Source of the DNA: Eledone cirrhosa
Taxonomy: Eukaryota
Length of the DNA: 64,000 nucleotides
NCBI GenBank assembly: GCA_964016885.1
Contig: OZ024750.1
Span: forward strand, 20,894,001 to 20,958,000
Direction of reading: 5' to 3'
Of the stretch, positions 1 to 12,952 are shown in pieces. Within the stretch, counting starts at the first letter, position 1. Each line of letters starts with the position of its first letter. Below the pieces are notes generated by a model that searched no databases, was not told where the DNA came from, and was given only the letters and a program-made list of their open reading frames with translations. The translations under genes were made by a program, and so were the position numbers.

Positions 1-215
1 ATATCCAATTCCCCAGATTGGTATTTATCTATATATATGCATACAGTAAAAGGCAAAGATGAACACCATAAAGCATTCTATCAGATACTATAACTACTCA
101 GCGTATATATAGTATATATACTATCTGCTATATCTCTCTTATCGATCGACTTTCGTCAAATCGGACCGAGGAAACAATGTTTCCGTTGGTCTTTCCAGTT
201 GCTAATACTATCTAT

Positions 216-358
216 CGGTCGCAACTCCTGGTAGAAAGAGCAACGTGAAATAAAATGCCTTGCTCAAGGACATAACGCATCACCCGGTCCGGGAATCGAA
301 CTGACAACCTCACGATTGCGAATTCTGTTCTCTAACCACTCAGCCAGGCGCCTTCACT
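216..358 (-). mobile_element. tRNA-derived SINE, family 2 (5' part)
   Basis: Minus strand reads AGTGAAGGCGCCTGGCTGAGTGGTTAGAG (A box), CAGTTCGATTCCCGG (B box), then TGTCCTTGAGCAAGGCA. Diverged copies at about 24294-24428 and 57432-57560. Confidence 0.75.
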
Positions 359-819
359 CTGCTATATCAGAAACAATTATATGGACAATAATATATTTTT
401 AATGTCTGACCTCGGAGGAAAATGGAAGATATAATTAAGTCGATGTATATATACAAGATAAATATATAACGGTCGTCTAGTTTTAATAAGACCGAGATAA
501 CTGTAGCATATAACCTAGATTTCAATAAAAGCTGATTCGAAATATTTATAGTAATTCTCTGAATATTGTAAGAAGTAATTCCTCATCGGCACTGGAAATC
601 TCCCAGAAAGTTGTCGGCTTCATATTTCAACAAATAGTTTGTCGCTTCACCTACATAAAAACAATGGAAAAGGATAGACAGCATATACGTTGCAATGTCT
701 GGGGAAATAGTAGAGCAAAAGACAGATCAAATAACCCAGTTAAATTGTCTCATAAGCGCATATAGACCAGTAGTCAGGACATTGGCAGCTTATCAAGTAA
801 TCCATTATGAACTTTCGTG

Positions 820-2186
<1,367 letters not shown>

Positions 2187-2351
2187 GAACCAGTAAGACC
2201 CCGACAGCTGAGCTCAAGCCGTTTCGACGGCTAACGGCTTGAGCTCAGCTGTCGGGGTCTTACTGGTTCCTATTACCCACTCTACTACCTCAAGTATTGA
2301 GTACTTTGGTGCGTTATGGTCCACCTGGTTCCTTACCACATTTCCTTCGTT
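2187..2351 (+). mobile_element. Fold-back Penelope-like/retrozyme fragment, family A
   Basis: Perfect 37-bp arms 2187-2223/2233-2269, then a tail with ATTGAGTAC (2296-2304). Flanked by (TA)n on both sides. Same family at 8934-9126 and 18851-19007. Confidence 0.8.
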
Positions 2352-2429
2352 ATATATATATATATATACATATATATGTACATATATATATAGATATGTA
2401 CATATATATGTATATATATATGTATATAA

Positions 2430-2960
2430 ACTGGCAACCCCACCAAGGTTTCTTGGTGAGGAGGGTGACTTTGGACATCCTGCAGGACTAAAAACAAAAC
2501 CTGTCATAGGGAAAAGGAGCTCTTAAGAGTCAATGGCCATCCAAAATTACCGGGAGAGATGACCCCTTAGCCTTTGTCAAGGCAGAATTCTAGGAGAAGG
2601 ACAACTCTGATATAACACCTGCAAACCTGATGGTATCCAATGATGTTGACTTGTTCTTCTTTTTGGTAAATATCATCTTGGTTAAGAGAGTGGGACTGGC
2701 TTTGTGCAGTGCCTTTGCTCACTATAAAAGCTTCACGGCACAGGCATTGCTTTATATCTGGAGATCTCTCTGCACTTGTCGTCACATGGTACCATGGGCC
2801 CAGCACTATGTGTCAATATTTGTCACAAGTGTAGTGTTTGTACCAGAGTTTTCAAGTCGCTGGCTGGACTAAAAAGTCACACTCGTTCAGCGCATCGGTA
2901 GGGGTTCTCCTACATTGATATAAAGTAGTGGCCGCTCTCGAAAACGAGTTGGCAGCCACC
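2430..2960. mobile_element. GC-richer insert between TA tracts, possibly an RTE LINE 5' region
   Basis: Contains AGAAGGACAACTCTGATATAAC, resembling RTE 5' UTR sequence. No convincing ORF. Confidence 0.35.
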
Positions 2961-3084
2961 ATATATATACATATATATGTAAATATATATATACATATAT
3001 ATGTACATATATATTTATATATATATATATATATATGTACATATATATGTACATAAATATTTATATACATATGTATATATATAT

Positions 3085-3131
<47 letters not shown>

Positions 3132-3187
3132 TATGTACATATATATATACACATATATATGTACATATATATATATATATATATATG

Positions 3188-3229
<42 letters not shown>

Positions 3230-3380
3230 TATGTACATATATATATATATATATATATATGTTTGTATATATATATATATATATAGTCACTTATATATTA
3301 TGAAATACTGTTGGCTTCACGCTCACAATAATTTCTATATTTTCATTTATATATATGTATATGTACCATATATACGTATA

Positions 3381-3465
<85 letters not shown>

Positions 3466-3692
3466 GGTATAAAAGGATGGAATTCACTTCTACCACTCAA
3501 CGTCATGTTAATTCCTAAAAACAATGATGGCATTTTTAGTCCGCTTTCTTCCACTCGAAATTGCCTTGGAAATGTTATCTCTTGAATAATGTTTGCTGTC
3601 TGTATAAATCATGCTTTCTATCGTCATTGAAATACGTATAACGGCTCAATTAATAAAGGACGCTAACATCTTCAACTAGGTATTTTCCTCTG

Positions 3693-3724
<32 letters not shown>

Positions 3725-3726
3725 TA

Positions 3727-4278
3727 AATTAATAAAGTAATGAATAAACAAAAAACAGTTCCTTATATCAAAAAAATTCATCATTTTACGATCGTTTCTA
3801 GGATATATGTGATAGTGTTGGTATGCATATTCTATAGATCTATGTAAAATATTTATACAAACTATCAGAGGGAATATACATACCTACACATATATATGCT
3901 GTCTTCAGAAATAATTGTTTCTACTTTTGGCACAAGGCCAGCAATTAATCAGTACATTATTTTATCGACCCCGTAAATATCTTTATTTCTTCAGAGATAA
4001 TGATATTTGTTTATTGAAAAAACAAAGATTTAATACAATAAGTCTGTTTGGGAACAGGTTTTGAATTGACCAATAGAAAGAAAGTGAAGGTCAAGATAGT
4101 AATCTATTAGTAAGAGAACCTTAATTTATGGGTAGAGGAAGGTAGATTTCAGTTTTGGATGGAAAAGAATATTATGAATGAAAGAATATTTTAGGGATGA
4201 AAATAGGTCATATGCTGACCTCAGAAATAATTATATTTGTTCATTGGGACACTACCGTATATTTTTGGTAGATTTATC

Positions 4279-4282
<4 letters not shown>
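3727..4282 (-). mobile_element. Penelope-like 3' non-coding segment (family P) with hammerhead, interrupted by a SINE tail
   Basis: Aligns by eye to 30212-30590, which continues into a GIY-YIG ORF end, and to 7063-7192. SINE fragment at about 3915-3977 sits between near-duplicates TCTTCAGARATAAT (3902-3915/3988-4001). Confidence 0.75.
3781..3914 (-). ncRNA. Type I hammerhead ribozyme with extended stem II
   Basis: Minus strand: TTATTT-CTGAAGA-[cagcatatatatgtg...cacatatatccta]-GAAA-CGATCG-TA-AAATGA. Palindromic stem III, GUA triplet. Confidence 0.7.
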
Positions 4283-4320
<38 letters not shown>

Positions 4321-4501
4321 TGTGTTAATAATATGTTAATGAATAAGCAGGGGATGTATACTTAAAACTGCCTCACTTCGTAATACAATTGACACTACGA
4401 ATGATAACTTATCGATAATACTTTAAAGAACCCATGATGTTGAGTGCTTTACACCTGAGTAAACTAGAGTCGGTCGATCCCCCATCATTTCGTTATCTGA
4501 A

Positions 4502-4574
<73 letters not shown>

Positions 4575-4883
4575 TTGTGTGTATGTGTCTGACTATTCGT
4601 CTGTATGTCTGCCTGTCTGTGTGTGTGTATTTCCAGAGATATATGTAAAACACACTCATGTGCTGAGGAATTAAGAGGATTAATCATGAACAGGGCGATA
4701 ATCGAGACTGATTTAATCATTTGAAAGCAAATACGCGAGATTTGGTGTAATCGTATTTTAGTGGAATAATATAGGGGCGTAATATTTATCTGTTCAATAT
4801 CACTTCCACTAAAGATCGTATTAAACTTCATGACAGTTGAAATATATTGATTCCTAATCTGCCACTTACATACATATATAAAT

Positions 4884-4914
<31 letters not shown>

Positions 4915-5355
4915 CTGGGTGTGTGTGTGTATTTGCGACGGATGCTAAAATGTCGAAGATGAGTACTTGGTAATGACATCATAGCATACACACGCACATA
5001 TTCATATACGCCCCCCCCCCCCCCCCATATATATATATATATAGTATTAAGGATACTATTTATGGTTATGTATATACTAACACTTTTTATAGTTATATAT
5101 ATTTTAAACCCTAAACAGTGAAAGACAGTAATTTATTACTACGTTATTACCAGTAAGATAAATAGCTCAATGTAATAACATCAGTTGTTCTACAGAGCAG
5201 TTATATTGAATATTATATATCTATTCTATATATATATTTATATATATATACAGGTTGTCAATAACATTTATCTACAATAGTATTTTTAATTGTATTGTTT
5301 ATCTAAGAAGAAGAGAATGGGTTATACGAGTCATAATGTGTCATATATTAATTAT

Positions 5356-5545
5356 AATTGTTTCTACTATTGGCACAAGGCCAGCAATTAATCCAGTACG
5401 TTACTGGTACTTTATTTTATCGACTCCGTAAGGATGAAAGCCAAAGTTAACCTCGGCGGGATTTGAACTCAGAATGGCAAGGGCCTTAACTCTATGCGTC
5501 AAAGCAAGACGTCCGACCCTCTACCGGTACTGCCAATTCACCGCC
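5356..5545 (-). mobile_element. tRNA-derived SINE, family 1, full length
   Basis: A box, B box (GAGTTCAAATCC), body CTTTCATCCTTACGGAGTCGATAAAATAAAGTACCAG, tail GTAGAAACAATT. TSD CATATATTARTTATAATT at 5342-5359/5546-5563. Confidence 0.9.
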
Positions 5546-6390
5546 CATATATTAGTTATAATTCGCACAAATATGCAGACAACTACATATAACTTTCTGA
5601 TATAATTATACGGATTTATAATGTTAGCCCTCTCACCGCACTTGCTGGATTCATGGTGAGACAATGCACTTTACCAAACTTCGAGAACTGGACTTGTTAC
5701 TAGAGTAAATTAGAGTTGTTGCTGCATTGTAACTGTTGTCAGTGGCGATTGTTATCAGTTCGTGATCGATGAAAAATATAGCGATTCACGTGAAAGCGCT
5801 CTAATCGCATAAATCCATGACCTTGTGCTAATGCTACAAGTTATCATTATGAGATTCATCATTAATATATCTCCTGTTATTTTGGCTGTTGATGTTGTTG
5901 TCGTGGGTGTTGTCGATCTCGTTAGTTTGCTGTTGGTGTTTTCGTGGCTGCTGCCCTTGTTCTGCCATACACAATTCGATGATGAATTATTGTAAAGTCA
6001 AAGTTGACTGATACAATAGCGACAAGGACTCAATAAATTTGATTGGTCATTCCACTTTCTGAGTTGAGATTTGTCTGTAACGAAGAAAATGAATAGATGT
6101 TACATTTGTTTAGTCAGCTGTGATGCTCTTAGGAAGAATAGAAAAAATAGTGTATATGATATAATATATAACTTAACTCCAATGACTATTAGTTATTGCA
6201 TTATATTACAATTATATTATCTTATATATTTTTATTCCTCATAAGTTTATACTCTAAAACACACAAACGCATAATCTATTTGATTATACATGTTTGCACA
6301 AATGCACTTAACGTGTACATGCTGCTCATAGCCCTAGAATCCAGCTTCACATTTATATTAAAATAAAACATCACTCCTCCCATTATCGCA

Positions 6391-6420
<30 letters not shown>

Positions 6421-6421
<1 letters not shown>

Positions 6422-6815
6422 GGTAGCTAACATGCTTCCATTGGCGGTATGCCGGTTGAGCAATATATGCCCTACGGAGCAGAGTATGATAGCATGGAAA
6501 ATGAAAATTCACTGATGCATCGGAACTCAGTTGATTGTGTGTTACAATTGTTTTCCCGGCGAACAGCTCGATGTGCGATCTTTGTTCGGCTCGACCTGAC
6601 TCTAGACTCGCATGCAAGAGGACATTCTCTGAAATCAATAGACGTGTCCGGGGAACCTGCGAGTCTAGAGTCACGTCGATCCCCACACAAATCGCACCTC
6701 GAGCTATTCGATGGGGAAACAATTGTAACACAATAATTTGAGTTCCGATGTATCACTGATTTTTCGTTTTCCATTCTATATATATACCTCTGCTAAAGGG
6801 AGAAAAGTAATCTAC
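6421..6815. mobile_element. Diverged fold-back element in TA tract
   Basis: Imperfect arms about 6494-6612/6658-6774. Decayed hammerhead-like motif GTGT-CCGGGGA...GAAA-CAATTG-TA-ACAC at 6644-6731. Confidence 0.65.
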
Positions 6816-6827
6816 ATATATATATAT

Positions 6828-7044
6828 ATATAGATGAGATTCTACAGGACTAGAACTGTTTCATTCTTTAGAAATCATCAGGAATCTCTGATTCATCAGG
6901 AATCTCAGATTCCTGATAATTTCTAAAGAATGAAACAGTTCTAGTCCTGTAGAATCTCATCTATATTAAAACTTTTATACTCTGCAATGTATTGAGTACC
7001 TTACTTACTGTGGTTACCTCCGATTCAACCCGGAATAACGTAAT
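6828..7044 (+). mobile_element. Fold-back Penelope-like/retrozyme element, family B
   Basis: Arms about 6828-6887/6907-6966, tail with ATTGAGTACC (6991-7000), TA-flanked. Older relative at 29353-29543. Confidence 0.85.
6836..6888 (-). ncRNA. Type I hammerhead ribozyme, intact core
   Basis: GAGATTC-CTGATGA-TTTCTAAAGAAT-GAAA-CAGttctagtcCTG-TA-GAATCTC, with a 7-bp stem I. The plus-strand copy (6907-6958) has CTGATAA, an uncompensated G8A. Confidence 0.85.
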
Positions 7045-7062
7045 ATATATATATATATATAT

Positions 7063-7192
7063 AAAATATTAAACAAATAATGAATAAAACAATGAAACAG
7101 TTCCTTATATTAAACAAAAAAAGTTCATTATTTAACGATCGTTTCTAGGATATATATGACACTACCGTAAACTCTTGGTAGATTTATCTACA
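7063..7192. mobile_element. Short family P fragment: inverted piece plus 3' tail
   Basis: Shares AACAGTTCCTTATAT...ACGATCGTTTCTAGGATATAT with 3750-3810, and the tail GACACTACCGTA...TGGTAGATTTATCTACA with 4248-4282. Confidence 0.7.
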
Positions 7193-7249
7193 TATATATA
7201 TATATATATATATTTATATACAAAGTTAGTTCCACATCAGTGAGTTAAC

Positions 7250-7770
7250 CATTTAAGAGGTCACACATTTCACCTTGCGGATTGGGGGCGGCTTGATTTC
7301 CGATCGATCCTTTCCATGTTAGGTGGTCAGTGCCATCATGTGCATTGAAGTCTCCTATCGGGATATATGAATCAATCTTAACTACATCTAATGCCGCAGT
7401 GACTTTATCAAGGAAGGATTTGAATTCGAACTCGTTGTTAGGTGCTTAAACAGTCACTACCCACAGTTAGCTATCTTTCAACAGAAGCTTCAAATATCAG
7501 ACCCTCCCTCACAACGAGATACAGTCCATAAAACATTCTGACAGCCGGGGACTTGTGAGTATCCCCACCCACGCCTATGCCCTCATGTATGACGCCATAT
7601 CTGAATAGTGGAGTTTCCGTCCTCCATGTAAATCTACATATCGGAACCACAGGACTTTGTTGAAGAAACCCCGACTATATCTAGCTGGAAGCATCTCCTC
7701 TCCTCCACGAATTCCTTTTTCTTAGCTGTAATGGTAGTGATGTTTCAGGTTCCAGCTGTTGAGGTTTGCT
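7250..7770 (-). pseudogene. Decayed RTE-clade LINE AP-endonuclease N-terminal region
   Basis: Minus-strand translation gives GT*NITT...QLDIVGVSSTKSCGS...VGILTSPRLSEC...VTV*APN...IGDFNAH, matching RTE/Expander APE motifs, with many stops. Confidence 0.85.
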
Positions 7771-8900
7771 TCCTTCTGAACCTTCATTGGCATCTCAGAA
7801 TACGCAAACTTTGTGCATCCTTCTCATGACTCCATGGACAATTCGTAGGCCTATCGCTAATGTTTGCAGTACGAAATGGAAACTGCAATATATTTTTTTA
7901 AATGGCCCCTCTACTTAAGGTCTGAACGTGTCCCTTGTTAACCTGCGGGAATATGGTCTTATACGTGCCAGTCACCAATCTGTAAAGTTTTCAAACATGA
8001 AAATAATTAGTTTATTTAAATGCGGCCTTTACTTGCCTCCCTGTAACTAGGTCACTGGGTTGTGAGAGTATTCTTAGGAGCGACATGTGGAACCCATTGC
8101 TCCATCTTCCCTAGTAAATTACTGTTGTTGCTGTGTTGCTCAATCATCCGGATTTTTTCCGCTTGTATCGCAACTAACCATCATAAATGATTTTCTTTTT
8201 CCTTTGGCAATCATTGCCAATCATTGCCAATTGCTGGCTATTACTATGATATTCACTAGCTATGATAATACTTTAATTTAACTGAGAATTTGGGGTGCAT
8301 ATGTTAATCAATTTATTTAACCTGCACCAGTGTTCTCTAAATACATGTAATTGGCATGAGTTATTTCCTCCGAGACCAATTTATTTTTTAATCACCTGCA
8401 TTGTTCTCACACAGGTTCTTTTGTTTTTTCATATAGTCCACTGCTATTGTTTTTTATAGTAATGTTTTCAATATTTATATTGCCATTAATTTGTTAACCT
8501 GGAGAGAAAACCCAGATATCGAATAAATAAGATCTTTAAAATGTAGTAGTGTGCAACTCCGCTTTAATAAACATCTTGTTATTTTATTCCCCTCCTCTTC
8601 TAAATAAATGCTTCTATCGTGAATCTTTAGATTAATTAGGTAGCTAACTGATACAATCTGTAGTTGAGTGCCCCAAATGTGGTAAAGTGGTCGGTTTCAC
8701 TATAATGAATGACAATAAAAGTCAATTTAACCCTGCAGCGTATGGTGGCTCGAGTAGCAGAATTTTTTCATCCACATTTTATATTTTTTTATATTTGTTT
8801 AGGTATATGTATTTCAAAGAAATTTAATTAAAGATTGTGTGTAAATTATTTTTCACAAAATTATGTTTTCTTCCAGAAATTACACTTTTGCTTCATTAGT

Positions 8901-8933
<33 letters not shown>

Positions 8934-8937
<4 letters not shown>

Positions 8938-9126
8938 AACCAGTAAGACCCCGACGGCTGAGCTCAAGCCGTTTCGACGGCTAATTCTGTCCAGAATTAG
9001 CCGTCGAAACGGCTTTAGCTCAGCCGTCGGGGTCTTACTGGTTCCTATCACCCACTCTACTACCCTAAGTATTGAGTACTTTGGTGCGTTATGGTCCACC
9101 TGGTTCCTTACCACATTTCCTTCGTT
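8934..9126 (+). mobile_element. Fold-back element, family A
   Basis: Arms about 8933-8989/8992-9048 (1 mismatch, 2-nt loop). Carries a hammerhead 3' half: GAAA-CGGCT-tgagctc-AGCCG-TC-GGGGTC. ATTGAGTAC tail, TA-flanked. Confidence 0.85.
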
Positions 9127-9333
9127 ATATATATATATAAATATATACATATATATATATATTTATATATTTATATATATATATATATTTGTATATATAT
9201 ATATATATATTTATATACATATTTCTGTGTGTGTGTGTGTGTATGTATGTATTATTACTATAGATATGTATGTACATATATATATTTATTATTATTATAT
9301 TTATGTATATATATATATATATATGTGTGTGTT

Positions 9334-9365
<32 letters not shown>

Positions 9366-9377
9366 ATATATGTGTGT

Positions 9378-9426
<49 letters not shown>

Positions 9427-9432
<6 letters not shown>

Positions 9433-10402
9433 GCCTTCGTGAGCCACCTTTTTTTTAAGTAAAGAAATTCAAACACACACACACACAACACACACACACA
9501 CACGCACAAGCACACAAATAAACATACATATCTTTACTTTCTTTATTCAATAGAAAATCTGAATTCTGTCACCCCACCGAACTAACCATATTCACTGAAC
9601 CAGAACAATTCTCCCATCCCTTTCTCTTGACCATTATCTTTCACTTATCATAAGGGTGGTGGATTGGCAGTATCGGTAGAGGGTCGGGCGCCATGCTTTC
9701 CAGCATAGTTACGTCCCTTTACGATCTGAGTTCAAATCCCGCCGAGGTTGACTTTGCCTTTCGTCCTTACGGGGTCGATAAAATAAAGTACCAGTAATGC
9801 ACTGGGTAATTGCTGGCCTTGTGCCTAAAGTAGAAACAATTATCTTTCACTTATCATAAAATTCTCTAAAAAGGCTACAGAATGGATTTCCAAATAAGGG
9901 CACGAAAATTTAATGAAAACTTGTTCACGTGACAACCATAATTTCATTTTAACCAATAAAACAAAAGCCTTCGTGAGCCCCTTTTTTCAAGTAAAAAGAA
10001 ATTCAAACACTCATATATGAAAAAACAACCTGTGACAACCCCCCCCCTCTTATTTGAAGAACTATTGTAACGCGAACTGGCGCGAAATTTATTATAATTG
10101 TTGACAAACCAATCAAATTACTTCTCGAAAAACCTGGCATTTAGACCCACTTTTTCCATATAAAACAAGTAACATTCAGAGACCAACCAGATGTGAGAAA
10201 AACCACAGACCCTCCATCTCAACTCACCTTTCGAAAAGCAGAGGAACTGCGAAACCGGTAAAGGAACCAAATAACTATATATATATTTTTTTTAAATAAG
10301 ACTCCAGTTGCATTTTCGATTTCATCTCTTTTTCTTTATACTTTCACTCGTGTAGGACACCTCGGTTATTCTTCAATTTGTTAAAAAAAACCTCACTTTC
10401 TA
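9427..10402 (+). mobile_element. Family C Penelope-like non-coding element (hosts the SINE above)
   Basis: Internal direct repeat AAAAGCCTTCGTGAGCC...AAGAAATTCAAACAC (about 9428/9963). 10186-10340 is near-identical to 27921-28068. Hammerhead-like CCTT-TCGAAAA-GCAG..CTGC-GAAA-CCGG-TA-AAGG at 10227-10264. The 5' boundary is uncertain. Confidence 0.65.
9654..9838 (+). mobile_element. SINE family 1, full length
   Basis: A/B boxes. 21-bp TSD ATTATCTTTCACTTATCATAA at 9633-9653/9839-9859. Confidence 0.93.
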
Positions 10403-10527
10403 ATATATATATATATATATATGTGTGTGCAAATGAAGTAATTCCGTCCGAAAAGTTCAGGAAAAAAGAGTGCTCTATGTAGGTAACAGAGCTTAATAGT
10501 TATGTAATAAACGACATAAGACAATTA

Positions 10528-10588
10528 TTTCATTTACCAGTGGTTTCTTAAAAGCAAAAAAAATTTGCTTTCAATCATCAGAATGAAA
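10528..10588 (-). ncRNA. Type I hammerhead ribozyme, mirror copy
   Basis: TTTCATT-CTGATGA-TTGAAAGC...GCTTTTAA-GAAA-CCACTGG-TA-AATGAAA on the minus strand. Confidence 0.88.
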
Positions 10589-10609
10589 AAAACCTGGCAT
10601 CTAGGAATT

Positions 10610-10670
10610 TTTCGTTCTGATGATTGAAAGCAATTTTTTTTGGCTTTTAAGAAACCACTGGTAAATGAAA
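10610..10670 (+). ncRNA. Type I hammerhead ribozyme, canonical core
   Basis: TTTCGTT-CTGATGA-TTGAAAGC...GCTTTTAA-GAAA-CCACTGG-TA-AATGAAA. Predicted cleavage after A10663. Confidence 0.88.
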
Positions 10671-10722
10671 TAATTGCCTTATGTTGTTTATTACATAACT
10701 ATATATATATATATATATAAAT

Positions 10723-10753
<31 letters not shown>

Positions 10754-10756
10754 AAT

Positions 10757-10789
<33 letters not shown>

Positions 10790-10795
10790 ATATAT

Positions 10796-10826
<31 letters not shown>

Positions 10827-10828
10827 AA

Positions 10829-10864
<36 letters not shown>

Positions 10865-10866
10865 AA

Positions 10867-10902
<36 letters not shown>

Positions 10903-10904
10903 AA

Positions 10905-10938
<34 letters not shown>

Positions 10939-10940
10939 AA

Positions 10941-11072
<132 letters not shown>

Positions 11073-11124
11073 TATATATATAAATATATATATATATTTA
11101 TATATAAAAATATATATATATAAA

Positions 11125-11158
<34 letters not shown>

Positions 11159-11192
11159 AAAATATATATATATAAATATATATATATATAAA

Positions 11193-11224
<32 letters not shown>

Positions 11225-11820
11225 TATATATAGATGTATGTATATATATATAGATTTATGTATATATATAGATGTATGTATATAGATGTATGTATATATA
11301 TAGATGTATATATTAATTCTGTAGTAATTCTGTGGTTGCAAATTAGTAGGGGAGATGGTGGCTAAACCTGCCAGTAGGAGAAATAGGGGAGTGGGTGGAG
11401 TAGCCCCAATCAAGCGTTTGTAGTGCCAGCTAGAGCTGGGCATGAGGTCAAAGAAGATACAGGGGAGGGGGAGGAAGTCGGAACGGTAGGTAGAACAATG
11501 TATATATATAGATGTATATATATAGATGTATGTATATATATAGATGTATGTATATATATAGATGTATGTATATATATAGATGTAAGTATATATATATAGA
11601 TGTATGTATATATATAGATGTATGTATATATATAGATGTATGTATATATATAGATGTATATATATATATAAATGTATGTATATATATAGATGTATGTATA
11701 TAGATGTATGTATATATATATAGATAGATGTATATATATATAGATGTACATTATGAAGAGAGAAGAAACATTTAGATATAATTAGTAATAAAATGTATCA
11801 TACCTAAACTGCTCCTAAAT

Positions 11821-11910
11821 TCCTCGACTACGTAGTTTCGTGGCATAAACAAAAACAATATATCATAAAGACATAGAGTCCCTGCGAGGTCTGCCGACTT
11901 ATCAAGAGGA
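11821..11910 (-). ncRNA. Type I hammerhead, U3:A8 core variant (copy 1)
   Basis: TCCTC-TTGATAA-GTcGGCA...TGCCAC-GAAA-CTACGTAG-TC-GAGGA. Palindromic stem III, GUC triplet. Confidence 0.8.
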
Positions 11911-12415
11911 TACCTCATTTTACTAGTCTCAAGAACGCGTCTACACGACGTGAGAAAGAATCCCAAAAGGCGGAGGGGGAGATAGTCACGCGATATAACG
12001 GTCGAGAAACAGAGCTAAGCCTCTTATAACCACGAAGAAAATACCACGGAGGCGGAGGGGGTATTCATATCGAGGCCGCAGAAGAGGTGGTGAAGAAGGC
12101 TAGAAGTATGAGTAATGGAAGCTTTCCAGTTGTCCCCACACTTCAAAGATTGCTCGACCAGAGGGAGTTATTAACAATATATTTAGAAACACACAGATAC
12201 ATGCGGACACACACATATATACATGAATGCATCCGCACCCAACTGTGAGTTAAGGGTGCCAACTTCACCGATGTTGCTCAATGAATGACCGGGACAGACC
12301 AATTCAGTTGAACTAGACTGAACCAGTATCAGAGTTAAAAATACATTATGAAGAGAGAAGAAACATTTAGATATAATTAGTAATAAAATGTATCATACCT
12401 AAACTGCTCCTAAAT

Positions 12416-12505
12416 TCCTCGACTACGTAGTTTCGTGGCATAAACAAAAACAATATATCATAAAGACATAGAGTCCCTGCGAGGTCTGCCGACTTATCAA
12501 GAGGA
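12416..12505 (-). ncRNA. Type I hammerhead, U3:A8 core variant (copy 2)
   Basis: Identical to 11821-11910. Confidence 0.8.
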
Positions 12506-12848
12506 TACCTCATTTTACTAGTCTCAAGAACGCGTCATCACGACGTGAGAAAGAATCCCAAAAGGCGGAGGGGGAGATAGTCACGCGATATAACGGTCGA
12601 GAAACAGAGCTAAGCCTCTTATAACCACGAAGAAAATACCACGGAGGCGGAGGGGGTATTCATATCGAGGCCGCAGAAGAGGTGGTGAAGAAGGCTAGAA
12701 GTATGAGTAATGGAAGCTTTCCAGTTGTCCCCACACTTCAAAGATTGCTCGACCAGAGGGAGTTATTATGTATGTATGTATATATATAGATGTATGTATA
12801 TATATATAGATGTATGTATATATATAGATGTATGTATATATATAGATG

Positions 12849-12952
<104 letters not shown>

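Larger units (their letters stand above)
10428..10701 (-). mobile_element. Fold-back element, family D, with two hammerheads
   Basis: Arms about 10497-10590/10608-10701 with a few mismatches. Minus-strand tail contains TAGAGCAC. Microsatellite-flanked. Confidence 0.85.
11747..12768 (-). mobile_element. Retrozyme/pLTR-like element: two 427-bp direct repeats with 595-bp period
   Basis: 11747-12173 and 12342-12768 look identical except TA/AT near 11942/12537. 168-bp spacer. Each repeat holds a hammerhead. Flanked by TAGATGTATG-type TA arrays. Confidence 0.85.

Noticed and set aside
6276-6774. Overlapping 95-151 aa ORFs on both strands
   Set aside because: By-product of a GC-richer inverted repeat. 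No recognisable domain.
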